From NCBI GenBank assembly GCA_016204465.1, contig JACQKQ010000036.1:1-48387 (forward strand): DNA of 48,387 nt. The letters run 5' to 3'. Of this stretch, positions 8,281 through 17,677 are shown piece by piece. The stretch's first letter is position 1. Each line of letters begins with the position of its first letter. Source of the stretch: Candidatus Levyibacteriota bacterium (lineage in GTDB: Bacteria > Patescibacteriota > Microgenomatia > Levybacterales > UBA12049). Under the pieces are notes generated by a model. The model saw only the letters and a program-made list of their open reading frames with translations, was not told the DNA's origin and made no database searches. A program made the translations under genes and the position numbers.

Positions 8281-9208
8281 ATCGGTTCCAACACTTACCG
8301 ACTTTATTCTCCAAGAAGAGCGAAAAATTAAAAACGCAACAGGCAGTTTTACCATCTTGCTTACCCAAATTGAAAACGCGGCAAAAATAATTAACAGCCA
8401 TATTCGTGCATCCGGCCTTGCAGACATCTTAGGAAAAACAGGCACAACAAATGTTTACCAGGAAGAAGTGCAAAAACTCGACAAGTTTTGTAATGATTTG
8501 CTTGTGAATACGTTGAGTACAAGCGGGCAGGTCTATGCGATTATTTCAGAAGAGCTGGAAAAACCGCATATGGTAAAAGAGTACAAAGGCGAATACATTG
8601 TGGCTCTGGATCCGCTCGACGGGTCGTCTGGTATTGACAGCAATAGTGTTTTAGGCACTATTTTTTCGATATATCACAAAAAGGGCGGCGTTTTGCAGCA
8701 AGGAAAAAATCAAGTTGCAGCAGGGTACATTGTGTATGGCGCAAGCACCATGTTTGTCTATACGTTTGGCAGGGACGTGAACGGTTTTACCCTTGATCCT
8801 GCAATCGGCAGTTTTCTCTTATCGCATGAAAATATACGTATGCCGGAGTATGCAAAGACATACGCAACAAACGAAGGAAATTCGCTCGAGTTTGATGAAG
8901 AGTTGAACAGCTATTTAAGTAAAATTAAAAAAGAAGGATATAAACTTCGTTACAGCGGCTGTCTTGTTGCAGAAACGCACCGCATTGTTATGCAGGGAGG
9001 TATTTTCCTCTACCCCGCAACCTCAAAACTTCCAAGCGGCAAATTACGCTTACTGCTTGAAGTAAACCCAATTGCGTTTCTCGTTGAACAGGCAGGAGGC
9101 GTGTCATATGCAGTAGATAGTAGTCCTCTCTCAATTGCGCCAAAAAGCATCAGCGACCGCTCGCCCTTTTGCTTCGGCGGGAAAAAGAACATGGAAGAAT
9201 TGATATAA
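8273..9208 (+). CDS. fbp: Fructose-1,6-bisphosphatase class I
   Basis: SEE, DPLDGSS, RYSGCLVAE and GKLRLLLEVNP motifs; ATG overlaps the aldolase stop. Confidence 0.92.
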   Translation: MYKSVPTLTDFILQEERKIKNATGSFTILLTQIENAAKIINSHIRASGLADILGKTGTTNVYQEEVQKLDKFCNDLLVNTLSTSGQVYAIISEELEKPHMVKEYKGEYIVALDPLDGSSGIDSNSVLGTIFSIYHKKGGVLQQGKNQVAAGYIVYGASTMFVYTFGRDVNGFTLDPAIGSFLLSHENIRMPEYAKTYATNEGNSLEFDEELNSYLSKIKKEGYKLRYSGCLVAETHRIVMQGGIFLYPATSKLPSGKLRLLLEVNPIAFLVEQAGGVSYAVDSSPLSIAPKSISDRSPFCFGGKKNMEELI

Positions 9209-9252
9209 AAAGACCGCATTTGTCCTCTTGTAAATTCGTATATTTTAATCGT

Positions 9253-10527
9253 ATGCTAGGAGGCGTGACATCTGATAAAATAATTCTCCACATTGACTTC
9301 GATTCGTTTTTTGCCAGCGTTGAACAGCAGTACAATCCTAGTCTTCGCGGTAAACCGCTTGGCGTTACGGCAACCAATGGCCGAACGTGCATTATTGCTG
9401 CCTCTCGAGAAGCAAAAAATTACGGCATCAAAACAGGCAGTCGGACATTTGAAGCATTTAAACTTTGTCCGAAGTTACAATTAGTTTCTGCAGATTTTGT
9501 AAAGTATTGGGAAATCAGCAAAAAGTTTATCCAAATCTGCAACTACTACTCTCCATACATCGAAGTGTTTTCTATTGACGAGCTTTTTATGAATGTAACG
9601 CATTCGGTACATCTTTTTATAGATGTTCAAACAATGGTTGACCAGATTAAAGAAACTATAAAAAAGGAAATTGGTGAATATATTACTGTTTCTGTAGGTA
9701 TTTCTCATAATAAGCTCTTAGCAAAACTTGCATCAGGGCTCAAGAAACCTAATGGTGTTATGGAAATCACGTCGCACAATATAGATACGGTGTATGCGAG
9801 TGCGCATCTCACTGATATTTGCGGAATTGGAGAGCGGATCAAACGCCGACTCAACATGATGGGTATTTTTACCCTTATGCCGCTTCGCCGCGTTCCTCTC
9901 CCCTACTTAACTGCAGAATTTGGGCCAGCAGAAGCAGCGTTTTTGCACAATGTTGCTTTTGGTATTGACGACACTCCCCTTTCCTGCTACGCACAAGAGC
10001 CGGAGGTAAAGTCAGTCGGACGGAATTACTGTTTACCAAAAAATGAGCATAATCGAATGATTATTTTCCAAAACCTCTATGAACTCTGCGAAGAAGTCGC
10101 CATAAAACTTCGACGTTTAGGTAAAAAAGCCAAGACTATCGGGCTTTACATTGGAGGAAGCGAGACAATTCATGGACAACGCACATTTAGCTACTATTTT
10201 GACACAGGAAAGGAGCTTTTTCATGCATGTTCTGTGTTTTGGAACCAACATTTTTTGGAAAACGACACAGACTATGTTCGGCAAATGAGCATTTGGGCAT
10301 CACACTTGCATGATGTACAGACTGTTCCTGATTTTCTGTTTGACGTTGGTAAAAGAAATGATCGGCTTTGGAAAACGGTGGATGCAATTAACGAAAAATT
10401 CGGCGACCACACCATCCGCAATGGCTTTTTGCTCTATGCAGACAAGCTCACCACAGTACCAAACGGCTACATGGCAGATAAATATGAACGTATGAAACTA
10501 ACGCAATTATTTCCAGATCGTCAATAG
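9253..10527 (+). CDS. dinB: Y-family DNA polymerase IV (DinB/PolY)
   Basis: HIDFDSFFASVEQ, SIDE, SHNKLLAKLAS, GIG HhH, C-terminal VDAINEKFG; start uncertain (9253 or 9265). Confidence 0.9.
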   Translation: MLGGVTSDKIILHIDFDSFFASVEQQYNPSLRGKPLGVTATNGRTCIIAASREAKNYGIKTGSRTFEAFKLCPKLQLVSADFVKYWEISKKFIQICNYYSPYIEVFSIDELFMNVTHSVHLFIDVQTMVDQIKETIKKEIGEYITVSVGISHNKLLAKLASGLKKPNGVMEITSHNIDTVYASAHLTDICGIGERIKRRLNMMGIFTLMPLRRVPLPYLTAEFGPAEAAFLHNVAFGIDDTPLSCYAQEPEVKSVGRNYCLPKNEHNRMIIFQNLYELCEEVAIKLRRLGKKAKTIGLYIGGSETIHGQRTFSYYFDTGKELFHACSVFWNQHFLENDTDYVRQMSIWASHLHDVQTVPDFLFDVGKRNDRLWKTVDAINEKFGDHTIRNGFLLYADKLTTVPNGYMADKYERMKLTQLFPDRQ

Positions 10528-11369
10528 GAAACCGATACGGGATCGGAATAATGTCTCGGTTGTGTTTGGCAGACGAAGGCTGCTTCTTCTAAAACGCGCA
10601 GATGTTTATCTTCGGGAAGATTCAAAATAGCAAGAATGCTTGGATTTTTGCAAATATCTTTGCACAAAACAACATGGTCAGTTAAAAGCATTTGTTTTTG
10701 TGAGAGAGAAAGCGTAGTAAGCGCAGTTATGGGAATAAGCGATGCCCTTTCGATAAGCTCGCGAAGACTTTCTCCGTCCGGATAGTTCCAGCTTGTTACT
10801 TTCATGCCCATGCACACACAATATCCAATGACGTCAGATGTCATTTTTGTGTTGGTAAAAAGCCACGCTTGGTTTAGGTTATTGCGCTCCAGCACGTCGT
10901 CAAACCGCGCTTTTGTGTATAGAGCCACATGAACGTTAGTTTTTATACCTGGCATGTTGTGGAATTTTGCCTCTATCATGACACGGTGAGCGTTTTTTTG
11001 CGCGACGACGTCCACTTCGTGCGTAATGCACTTTCCAGACAGTGTTTGTCGAACTAAAGTCTTATAGCCGTTTGCTTTCAATACTTCTGCAAGAAAATCC
11101 TCGAACGGATACCCTGTTGGACCTAATTCCATAATAGACTGTTTGAGGCTGTAGCGTGCGCGGTGGTACGGCTGTGGAGAGTTTCCTAAAAATTCAGTAA
11201 TGTGTTTATAGAGCTCTGATGTTGGAATACCATCGTATAGTTTTGTCAAAACATGTGTTAAGACTTGATTTTCAAGCTGTGGTTCTATACCAGCGCGCGC
11301 AATAGAGTGGCGAACCTTGTCTTCGCTAAACGCTTCTTTCTCGCCCGTTGCCTTGGTAACATATACCAT
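10521..11369 (-). CDS. ATP-cone plus Mrr-like PD-(D/E)XK nuclease-domain protein
   Basis: N-terminal VTKATGEKEAFSEDKVRHSIARAG (ATP cone); GYPFEDFLAEVL, EVDVVA and IEAKF (PD-(D/E)XK). Confidence 0.8.
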   Translation of the reverse strand: MVYVTKATGEKEAFSEDKVRHSIARAGIEPQLENQVLTHVLTKLYDGIPTSELYKHITEFLGNSPQPYHRARYSLKQSIMELGPTGYPFEDFLAEVLKANGYKTLVRQTLSGKCITHEVDVVAQKNAHRVMIEAKFHNMPGIKTNVHVALYTKARFDDVLERNNLNQAWLFTNTKMTSDVIGYCVCMGMKVTSWNYPDGESLRELIERASLIPITALTTLSLSQKQMLLTDHVVLCKDICKNPSILAILNLPEDKHLRVLEEAAFVCQTQPRHYSDPVSVSY

Positions 11370-11415
11370 ATTATCTATGATAAGATATTCTTTGTGTTTT
11401 CCGCAATAGCAATAA

Positions 11416-12633
11416 ATGATTATCAAAGCATTTCCTGCATTTAAATACCATAATTACAGACTTTATTTTTTTGGCCAGATTATTTCAATGACTGGCACGT
11501 GGATGCAGCAGGTGGCGCTTGCGTGGCTTGTGTGGACGCTTACCCACTCTGCTTTTTTTGTTGGACTTTCAGCAACAATGCAAAACTTGCCAGTGCTTCT
11601 CTTTTCACTCTTAGGAGGCGCATTTGTTGATCGACTTAACAAAAAAAATATACTCATCGCAACGCAGGCAAGCTCAATGGTTATAGCTTTTGTTTTAGGA
11701 CTTTTGACGCTATTTCGCATTATTGAAGTGTGGCACATTCTCTCTTTAGCTTTTGTGTTGGGGACAATTGATGCTTTGGACAAACCCGCGAGGCAAGCGT
11801 TTGTCGTTGACATAGTTGATAAACAGCACCTTTCGTCTGCAATTGCTCTAAACTCTGGCATTTTCAACACAGCCCGATTAATCGGCCCTTCCATTGCGGG
11901 ACTTCTTATCGCATTTGTTGATATTTCTGGTGCCTTTTTAGTTAATACTGCAAGTTATATTCCCGTTATCGCTGTAATGTTTCTAATTCGAATTACACCA
12001 AGTAAATTAAGAAAGCATAGCCACCCATTCAGAGCAGTGCAACAAGGTTTACAATACGCTTTTACACATAAAACGATGCGGATACTTCTTATTTTTGCAA
12101 CAGTTAGCTCAATATTCGGTTGGTCGTATGCAACGATGATTCCTGTAGTTGTCGCAAAGGTTTTTAACAAAGGAGCACTCGATCTTGGGTATTTTTACGC
12201 AGCTGGAAGTATTGGCGGCATCTTAGCAATTGCAGCGATTTCTGCTTTTAGCAAGCTTATTAGTAAAAAAATATTTATTGTTGGTGGAAGCATCATGTTT
12301 GCACTTTCTATAATTCTTTTTAGTTTTTCAAACACCATTCCCTTGGCAATTTTCTTTTTGTTTTTTTCTGGCTTTGGGATTATTTCGCAGTACGTGACAA
12401 TGAATAGCACAATCCAGCATATTGTCCCAGATGACATGCGAGGAAGAATCATGAGTTTGTATGTACTTATGTTTATTGGCATGATGCCTATTGGAAGTTT
12501 TCAGGTAGGGCTTGTTGCCGAGCATTTAGGCCCTCTTTTTGCTATTCGTCTTGGTGCTATATTTGTGTTAATCTATAGCGTTTACTTCTTTTTCAAAACA
12601 AGAAAATCGTCTTTCTCAAAAACAATTTCATAG
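11416..12633 (+). CDS. MFS transporter (H+ antiporter / MFS_3 type)
   Basis: About 12 TM; GGAFVDRLNKK motif A; PDDMRGRIMS. Confidence 0.9.
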   Translation: MIIKAFPAFKYHNYRLYFFGQIISMTGTWMQQVALAWLVWTLTHSAFFVGLSATMQNLPVLLFSLLGGAFVDRLNKKNILIATQASSMVIAFVLGLLTLFRIIEVWHILSLAFVLGTIDALDKPARQAFVVDIVDKQHLSSAIALNSGIFNTARLIGPSIAGLLIAFVDISGAFLVNTASYIPVIAVMFLIRITPSKLRKHSHPFRAVQQGLQYAFTHKTMRILLIFATVSSIFGWSYATMIPVVVAKVFNKGALDLGYFYAAGSIGGILAIAAISAFSKLISKKIFIVGGSIMFALSIILFSFSNTIPLAIFFLFFSGFGIISQYVTMNSTIQHIVPDDMRGRIMSLYVLMFIGMMPIGSFQVGLVAEHLGPLFAIRLGAIFVLIYSVYFFFKTRKSSFSKTIS

Positions 12634-14009
12634 TTGTTATTGTTTTTTAGTTTAGCTACCATTTTTTTTTGCGCATCAAGAGATGGCTTCGCAAATACAT
12701 CATTGAGCAAAAATACAACGTAGTCTGATTTATCAATACCCACCGGAATGGTATAGAGAGTTTGGCGATGAGCAAGGTGCGCGCCTAGGTTATTTGTTGC
12801 TGCCACGGATGCCGTTTGCGAAATCTTATCAAGCTCTTTTTTAATGATATTTTTCTTTGCCTGCGGTTTTATAAACATATCAACGCTTGGTTTTTTGGCA
12901 AATGGCAAAGGCCCATACATGTACGCGGTATTAATTGCCATCCAAATAATATAAATAGCAAAAAAAGGCGTTGCATTATAGCGAAGCAATTTTCTTATGT
13001 TTGCTACACTATATATTGCGCTAATGAAAAGAAAAGGCGTTATCACTGCTGTGTATTGATAGTATATTTGACGAAAAAGGTTATTAGCGCTAAGCAGATT
13101 TATTAAAAGATCAGGTATTACAAAAATAAGCTGTAACGGAGAAAAAAGCGAAATATATCCTAGTGGCGAAAATAGCCGCTGCAGGTAGGTTATCTTTTCT
13201 TTCTCAACAAGCATATCTACTGTTTGTGCAGGATGAACGAGAATATTTTTCACAACATCAGAAGGTGAAGAGCCAAAATCTTGATAATACTCTATGGCGA
13301 AATGCTGACTGCCACGGACTTCTGGTATTGCATACCAAATGAGCATATAAAGCATTGCAATACCGGCTACAGTGAGCACAATTCCCTCTTTTAGTTTTTT
13401 CTGAAACATTGTGAAATATACACCAAAGAGAGCAACAAGCAGCCATAACTGCTCTTTCGTTATGGCCGCCAGAAATAAACTTATGTAAAAAAGACGACTT
13501 TTTGAGGAGATAAGATAGTTCCACGCTGCTAGCAAAAACGTTGTTGAAAGTGTGACAGCATGAAAATCGTACAGATTGATGAAATTTATGCTTGGGTTAA
13601 TAATATAGGCAAAGGAAAAAACTAATGCGAGATTTTTGTTCGTAAGCACTTTTTCAGCAATCGCAAAGACAAAATACGCGCCGAGAGCAAGCACGATAGT
13701 CTGTAAAGCCAAAAGCATTTTTGGGTCGTTCCATAGAAGGTAAAACGGAGCAAGTAAAACGAGGATAAAATCAGCGTGCGAAGAAAGCCTTGAGACGATA
13801 TTTCCTTTGTCGTCGTTGAGCGAGAAGAAATCTCCATATACTGTGTTCCATACTGTTTGATCCATGTTCCCAAGGTCATAGCGGCCTGTGTAGAAGTTAT
13901 CATGGCGCAAGAAACTTGCGGTGGTAAAGTATCCGATATAAAGGGCTATTAAAATTACGAGGATAACCTCATGGAAATGGGTGCGGATGTAATGTAGGAA
14001 TGTTTGCAT
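12582..14009 (-). CDS. DUF2079-like polytopic membrane protein (putative GT-C glycosyltransferase)
   Basis: YDLGNMDQTVWN, SHADFIL, DFHAVT, KE motifs; many TM segments. Confidence 0.75.
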   Translation of the reverse strand: MQTFLHYIRTHFHEVILVILIALYIGYFTTASFLRHDNFYTGRYDLGNMDQTVWNTVYGDFFSLNDDKGNIVSRLSSHADFILVLLAPFYLLWNDPKMLLALQTIVLALGAYFVFAIAEKVLTNKNLALVFSFAYIINPSINFINLYDFHAVTLSTTFLLAAWNYLISSKSRLFYISLFLAAITKEQLWLLVALFGVYFTMFQKKLKEGIVLTVAGIAMLYMLIWYAIPEVRGSQHFAIEYYQDFGSSPSDVVKNILVHPAQTVDMLVEKEKITYLQRLFSPLGYISLFSPLQLIFVIPDLLINLLSANNLFRQIYYQYTAVITPFLFISAIYSVANIRKLLRYNATPFFAIYIIWMAINTAYMYGPLPFAKKPSVDMFIKPQAKKNIIKKELDKISQTASVAATNNLGAHLAHRQTLYTIPVGIDKSDYVVFLLNDVFAKPSLDAQKKMVAKLKNNNNYEIVFEKDDFLVLKKK

Positions 14010-14042
14010 TAAGGAGATATATACGCTGCACAGCCACGTTTG

Positions 14043-14059
14043 ACCGCGTCTGACGCGGT
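14043..14059. terminator. Hairpin downstream of tRNA-Arg(TCG)
   Basis: ACCGCGT-CTG-ACGCGGT. Confidence 0.4.
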
Positions 14060-14068
14060 TTGACTTTG

Positions 14069-14141
14069 CGCGCTCGGAGAGAATCGAACTCTCAACCCCT
14101 AGTTCCGAAGACTAGTGCTCTATCCGTTAAGCTACGAGCGC
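14069..14141 (-). tRNA. tRNA-Arg(TCG)
   Basis: Reverse complement GCGCTCG...CTAGT-CTTCGGA-ACTAG...CGAGCGC-G. Confidence 0.93.
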
Positions 14142-14184
14142 TTTTTATCTTGCCCCTTTCAGGCAAGTATAGTATACTAAACTC

Positions 14185-14260
14185 GGGCCGCTAGCTCAAC
14201 TGGCAGAGCAATTCCCTCTTAAGGAATAGGTTACAGGTTCGACTCCTGTGCGGCTCACCA
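14185..14260 (+). tRNA. tRNA-Lys(CTT) with encoded CCA
   Basis: GGGCCGC/GCGGCTC acceptor, ATTCC-CTCTTAA-GGAAT anticodon arm. Confidence 0.96.
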
Positions 14261-14302
14261 AATGGTTGTAAAACAGAGTGGGGATTAGGTTGATATAACG
14301 TG

Positions 14303-15256
14303 CTAAATGGAACTTTCCATTTTAGGATGGTGGTTATTTATCATTAACCTCAATCCTTTCAGATGGGAAGCTTGTGGAAGCATTGATAGTTCGGTGTGTT
14401 TGCTTCCTATATGTTCTTTGAAATCTTTATTCCTCATTGTTCTAACTACATTTAGGTATACAGAAACATAATAGCCATCTACTTTTGTTTCTTCAGTCTG
14501 TTTTAAATTCTTCTCAGAAATTATTACATATTGTGAATCGATATCTACTCCAATATATTTTCTACCTAAGCGCTTGGCTGCGACAGCAGTTGTACCGGTT
14601 CCAACAAAAGGGTCAAAAACGATATCGCCTTCGTCTGTACTCATCAAAATTAATCTTTCTAACAGGGGTACTGGTAACTGACAAGGATGTTCATCTCTTC
14701 GTTTTTTGTGACGTATTCGATGAATATCAGACCAAACATCAGAAAGAAGCGGACCAAAGCCGTGTGCTTGATCCTTTTTGCCACCATAGTCTTTTAAAAA
14801 TTCTTTGCAGATTCGGCAACGAGGATGGGGGTATCTAATATCATAGAATTTAAAATCTTTATACGTTTTTGATTTCGTGTAATATAAAATCCCGTAGTGG
14901 TTTGGTAAAAGTGTTTTACCCATTGGTGCACCGCCAGAGTCCCAAGAAATCCAATGCCTGAAATAAGCAATTTTATTTAAGTGTTCAGCAAAATGAGTTA
15001 ACCACCGAGGAATGTTATGAACGAAAATTGAACCGCTTGGCTTCGTGATTCTTACCATCTCACTTAACCATTTATTGCACCAATTAAGATATTCTGTTTT
15101 TTCCTTTGTATCTTCGTAATTATTATACTTTTTCTTTAGATTAAAAGGTGGATCAGCAAAAACGATATCCACTGAATTATCAGGGATATTTTCCATAATT
15201 TTTAGACAATCACCTAAAATTATTTTATTTTGAAGGCTCTTAATATTTTTAGTCAT
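14303..15256 (-). CDS. N4/N6 DNA methyltransferase (beta class)
   Basis: DPPF motif IV precedes FDPFVGTGTT motif I; HPCQLP. Confidence 0.92.
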   Translation of the reverse strand: MTKNIKSLQNKIILGDCLKIMENIPDNSVDIVFADPPFNLKKKYNNYEDTKEKTEYLNWCNKWLSEMVRITKPSGSIFVHNIPRWLTHFAEHLNKIAYFRHWISWDSGGAPMGKTLLPNHYGILYYTKSKTYKDFKFYDIRYPHPRCRICKEFLKDYGGKKDQAHGFGPLLSDVWSDIHRIRHKKRRDEHPCQLPVPLLERLILMSTDEGDIVFDPFVGTGTTAVAAKRLGRKYIGVDIDSQYVIISEKNLKQTEETKVDGYYVSVYLNVVRTMRNKDFKEHIGSKHTELSMLPQASHLKGLRLMINNHHPKMESSI

Positions 15257-15258
15257 AG

Positions 15259-16275
15259 TTATTTTAAAAGTATACTTGAAATTAGTTCTTTGAAACGGTT
15301 TAGTTCCTCTTTATGAAAAGTAAAAACATCATCATATGCGCCAACCATTCTTTTAAGATCATTTTTCCTAACATACCAACCAATACCATCTACAAAACCG
15401 ATAAATAAAGCTTTGGGGTAATATTTTTTAATCAATCGAGCAATATTAATTTCAGTTTTGGCCTTATCACCCTGTCCAGAAGAGGTAGTTACAACATAGG
15501 ATGATTCGATAATAAGAATAGGTTTTCTTTGATCAGGAATAATAAAATCCATTGTACGTTTTTCTTCGTCGAGCACACCGACAAGTTTTTTAAGATCGCC
15601 GGAAACAAAGGGTATTTTCAATTCTTCCAAACCTTTTCTTACAAGCTCTGCTGGATTTCTTTCACTTTTACCAGAATACGAACCCTTTTCTTTATACCGG
15701 ATTAAAGTATCAACTAAGGATTCTATTTTAAATTCTAGTTTTTCAACACTAAGTTTTTTGAGTTCAAATAATGGTAATGCTTCTGTTAAAGAAGGCACTG
15801 TGGATCCTTCGAAGAATATATTTACAAGCCCCTTAGCAAAATTTTCATTCGATTTTATCAATCCTGCTATTTTGTTATCGCCCCATTCGCTTACTCCTCG
15901 TTCGCTAATTTCTTCCACTTCTGTTGGCCATTTATTTTTTAAAGTTAATTTGTTTAACTCTTTATCATCAATAACTCTAACAAGGGTTATTAAGCGTTTT
16001 AAGTATTCATTTGAAATACCAGTTAAAGCCAATAACGCTCTAAGCCCGTTCTCTTTATTTCTAATAAGCTCAACGAGAAAATCTCTTTTAAGACCATCCG
16101 TAGTAACCTTGTTTCTTAAAACCAATAAGGTTTCTTTGATTGATGATATATAACCTTCGTATTTTTCCTCAAAATCTCGATCATAGAGATAAAAAGTATT
16201 TTTATTTATCACCCGTTTAAACTTTAATTCTGTTGCGGGTTTTGAAATGTTAAGCATATTATTTTGCATTCTCAA
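15259..16275 (-). CDS. Type II restriction endonuclease, DpnII-like
   Basis: Lies between two MTases; MDFIIPD...IESSY PD-(D/E)XK-like core and FIGFVDGIGW; start may be 16257. Confidence 0.7.
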   Translation of the reverse strand: MRMQNNMLNISKPATELKFKRVINKNTFYLYDRDFEEKYEGYISSIKETLLVLRNKVTTDGLKRDFLVELIRNKENGLRALLALTGISNEYLKRLITLVRVIDDKELNKLTLKNKWPTEVEEISERGVSEWGDNKIAGLIKSNENFAKGLVNIFFEGSTVPSLTEALPLFELKKLSVEKLEFKIESLVDTLIRYKEKGSYSGKSERNPAELVRKGLEELKIPFVSGDLKKLVGVLDEEKRTMDFIIPDQRKPILIIESSYVVTTSSGQGDKAKTEINIARLIKKYYPKALFIGFVDGIGWYVRKNDLKRMVGAYDDVFTFHKEELNRFKELISSILLK

Positions 16276-17509
16276 AAATTAAAATATATTCTTCTTTCAT
16301 TGTATTTTGTAAGCCTTTTATTGGCTTCAAAATCTCCCATAGGAATTTAAACCCTTGTATCTTAGCTAATTCTTTAATTTTTGATTCTAGTCTTACTCCC
16401 TTCGTTTGTATGTCGTTAGTTCCAACAATAAAAATGATTTTAGCACTCTTTTTAGTAACCCTTTTTAGTTCATCTAAGACTTTATCTAGCATCTTAAAAT
16501 AAAGTTCTAATTTTTCACTAATTTCTCTACCATTTAATCCTATCATATTTTCTTTTAGTTTGGTTAGTTCGTAGCCGAGATATTCCAACTGCGGTTTATC
16601 GTTATCAACATAATCAATTGCGAAAGAGTATGGTGGCGAGGTTATCACTCCGTCAACACTATCATTCTCCAAAGGCAATGATAACGCACTACCTTTAATG
16701 ATTTGACTCTCTCCTAATTTTAAACCGAGTTTTTCTTTAGCAGATTGAAAATTCTTAATGGTGGAAATGTATCTATTTAATACAATAGGAAAGAGAATAT
16801 TTAACGATTTTGCGCTTCTGCGAGCAAAACCCATTGCGTCAAGATAGGCCAATAAAGCGATTTCATAATAGGGTCTATTTGTATCTTTACTATCTTTTAT
16901 GAAATAATCAGGTACTATTCGCTTATTTAGTTTTTCAAAAATCTTCTTACGGTCTTTAATTATCCGATCAAGTTTCTTGTTATCGAGGTTTAGCGCAAAA
17001 GTCTTAACTTTTCCCATTAAACAGCAAAATGGGCTTACGTCTACAGCAATTGAATCAATACCTAATAAATTAGCCTCTACCGATAGAGTTGCGCTACCGG
17101 ACATGGGATCAAGTACTACATTACCAGGATGAATGCCTATTATATTTAGCAATGCCCTGATCACCTGTGGGTGAAATTTACCTCTATATGGAAAAAGACT
17201 GTGTGTAGCGTATCCGGTAGAATACTTGCCGTTTAAGAAAAATGCCTTCGTGCGTAGTGAACTATTTTGGTGTATTTCTTCTAAATTTTGGAGATTACAT
17301 GTTTGATAATGAATAGTTTGAATTCCATCTACTGATTTAAAATAGGCGCTACGTCTAATCAAATCCTGTTTCTTGAGATTTTCATATTCCCAAAGAGCCA
17401 AATTTAACTCAAAAATTTCATCGGTTCCATCGATCAACTGATAGTTTGCTGGAAAGAATTTCTCGTTTATTGATTTAAAGTTCTGCATTATTTTTTTATC
17501 AAATTTCAA
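16259..17509 (-). CDS. DNA methyltransferase, likely N4-cytosine
   Basis: YRGKFHPQ, DPMSGSAT (motif I) then TSPPY (motif IV). Confidence 0.88.
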   Translation of the reverse strand: MKFDKKIMQNFKSINEKFFPANYQLIDGTDEIFELNLALWEYENLKKQDLIRRSAYFKSVDGIQTIHYQTCNLQNLEEIHQNSSLRTKAFFLNGKYSTGYATHSLFPYRGKFHPQVIRALLNIIGIHPGNVVLDPMSGSATLSVEANLLGIDSIAVDVSPFCCLMGKVKTFALNLDNKKLDRIIKDRKKIFEKLNKRIVPDYFIKDSKDTNRPYYEIALLAYLDAMGFARRSAKSLNILFPIVLNRYISTIKNFQSAKEKLGLKLGESQIIKGSALSLPLENDSVDGVITSPPYSFAIDYVDNDKPQLEYLGYELTKLKENMIGLNGREISEKLELYFKMLDKVLDELKRVTKKSAKIIFIVGTNDIQTKGVRLESKIKELAKIQGFKFLWEILKPIKGLQNTMKEEYILIFENAK

Positions 17510-17561
17510 TGCCTTTTTTTATATAAAATTAATTTTAGTTGGAGATTGTAGCTGTACTTTA

Positions 17562-17669
17562 TTATACATCTTTCAAACCAAACAAATAAGCAAATTCAGA
17601 GTTTAGACCTTCAGATAGGAATAAATTGATAAATTCTCGCAGTCTGTTTAAGATACTAAGCGGATTACA
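17562..17669 (-). repeat. Dispersed cassette-boundary repeat, copy A
   Basis: Reverse complement encodes CNPLSILNRLREFINLFLSEGLNSEFAYLFGLKDV*; 68/84 nt identical to copy D over the core (manual count). Confidence 0.9.
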
Positions 17670-17677
17670 CTAGGCTT

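Noticed and set aside
9209-9265. LexA/SOS box upstream of dinB (also checked upstream of uvrA at 30766-30827)
   Set aside because: No GAAC-N4-GTTC or CTGT-N8-ACAG match was found by eye.
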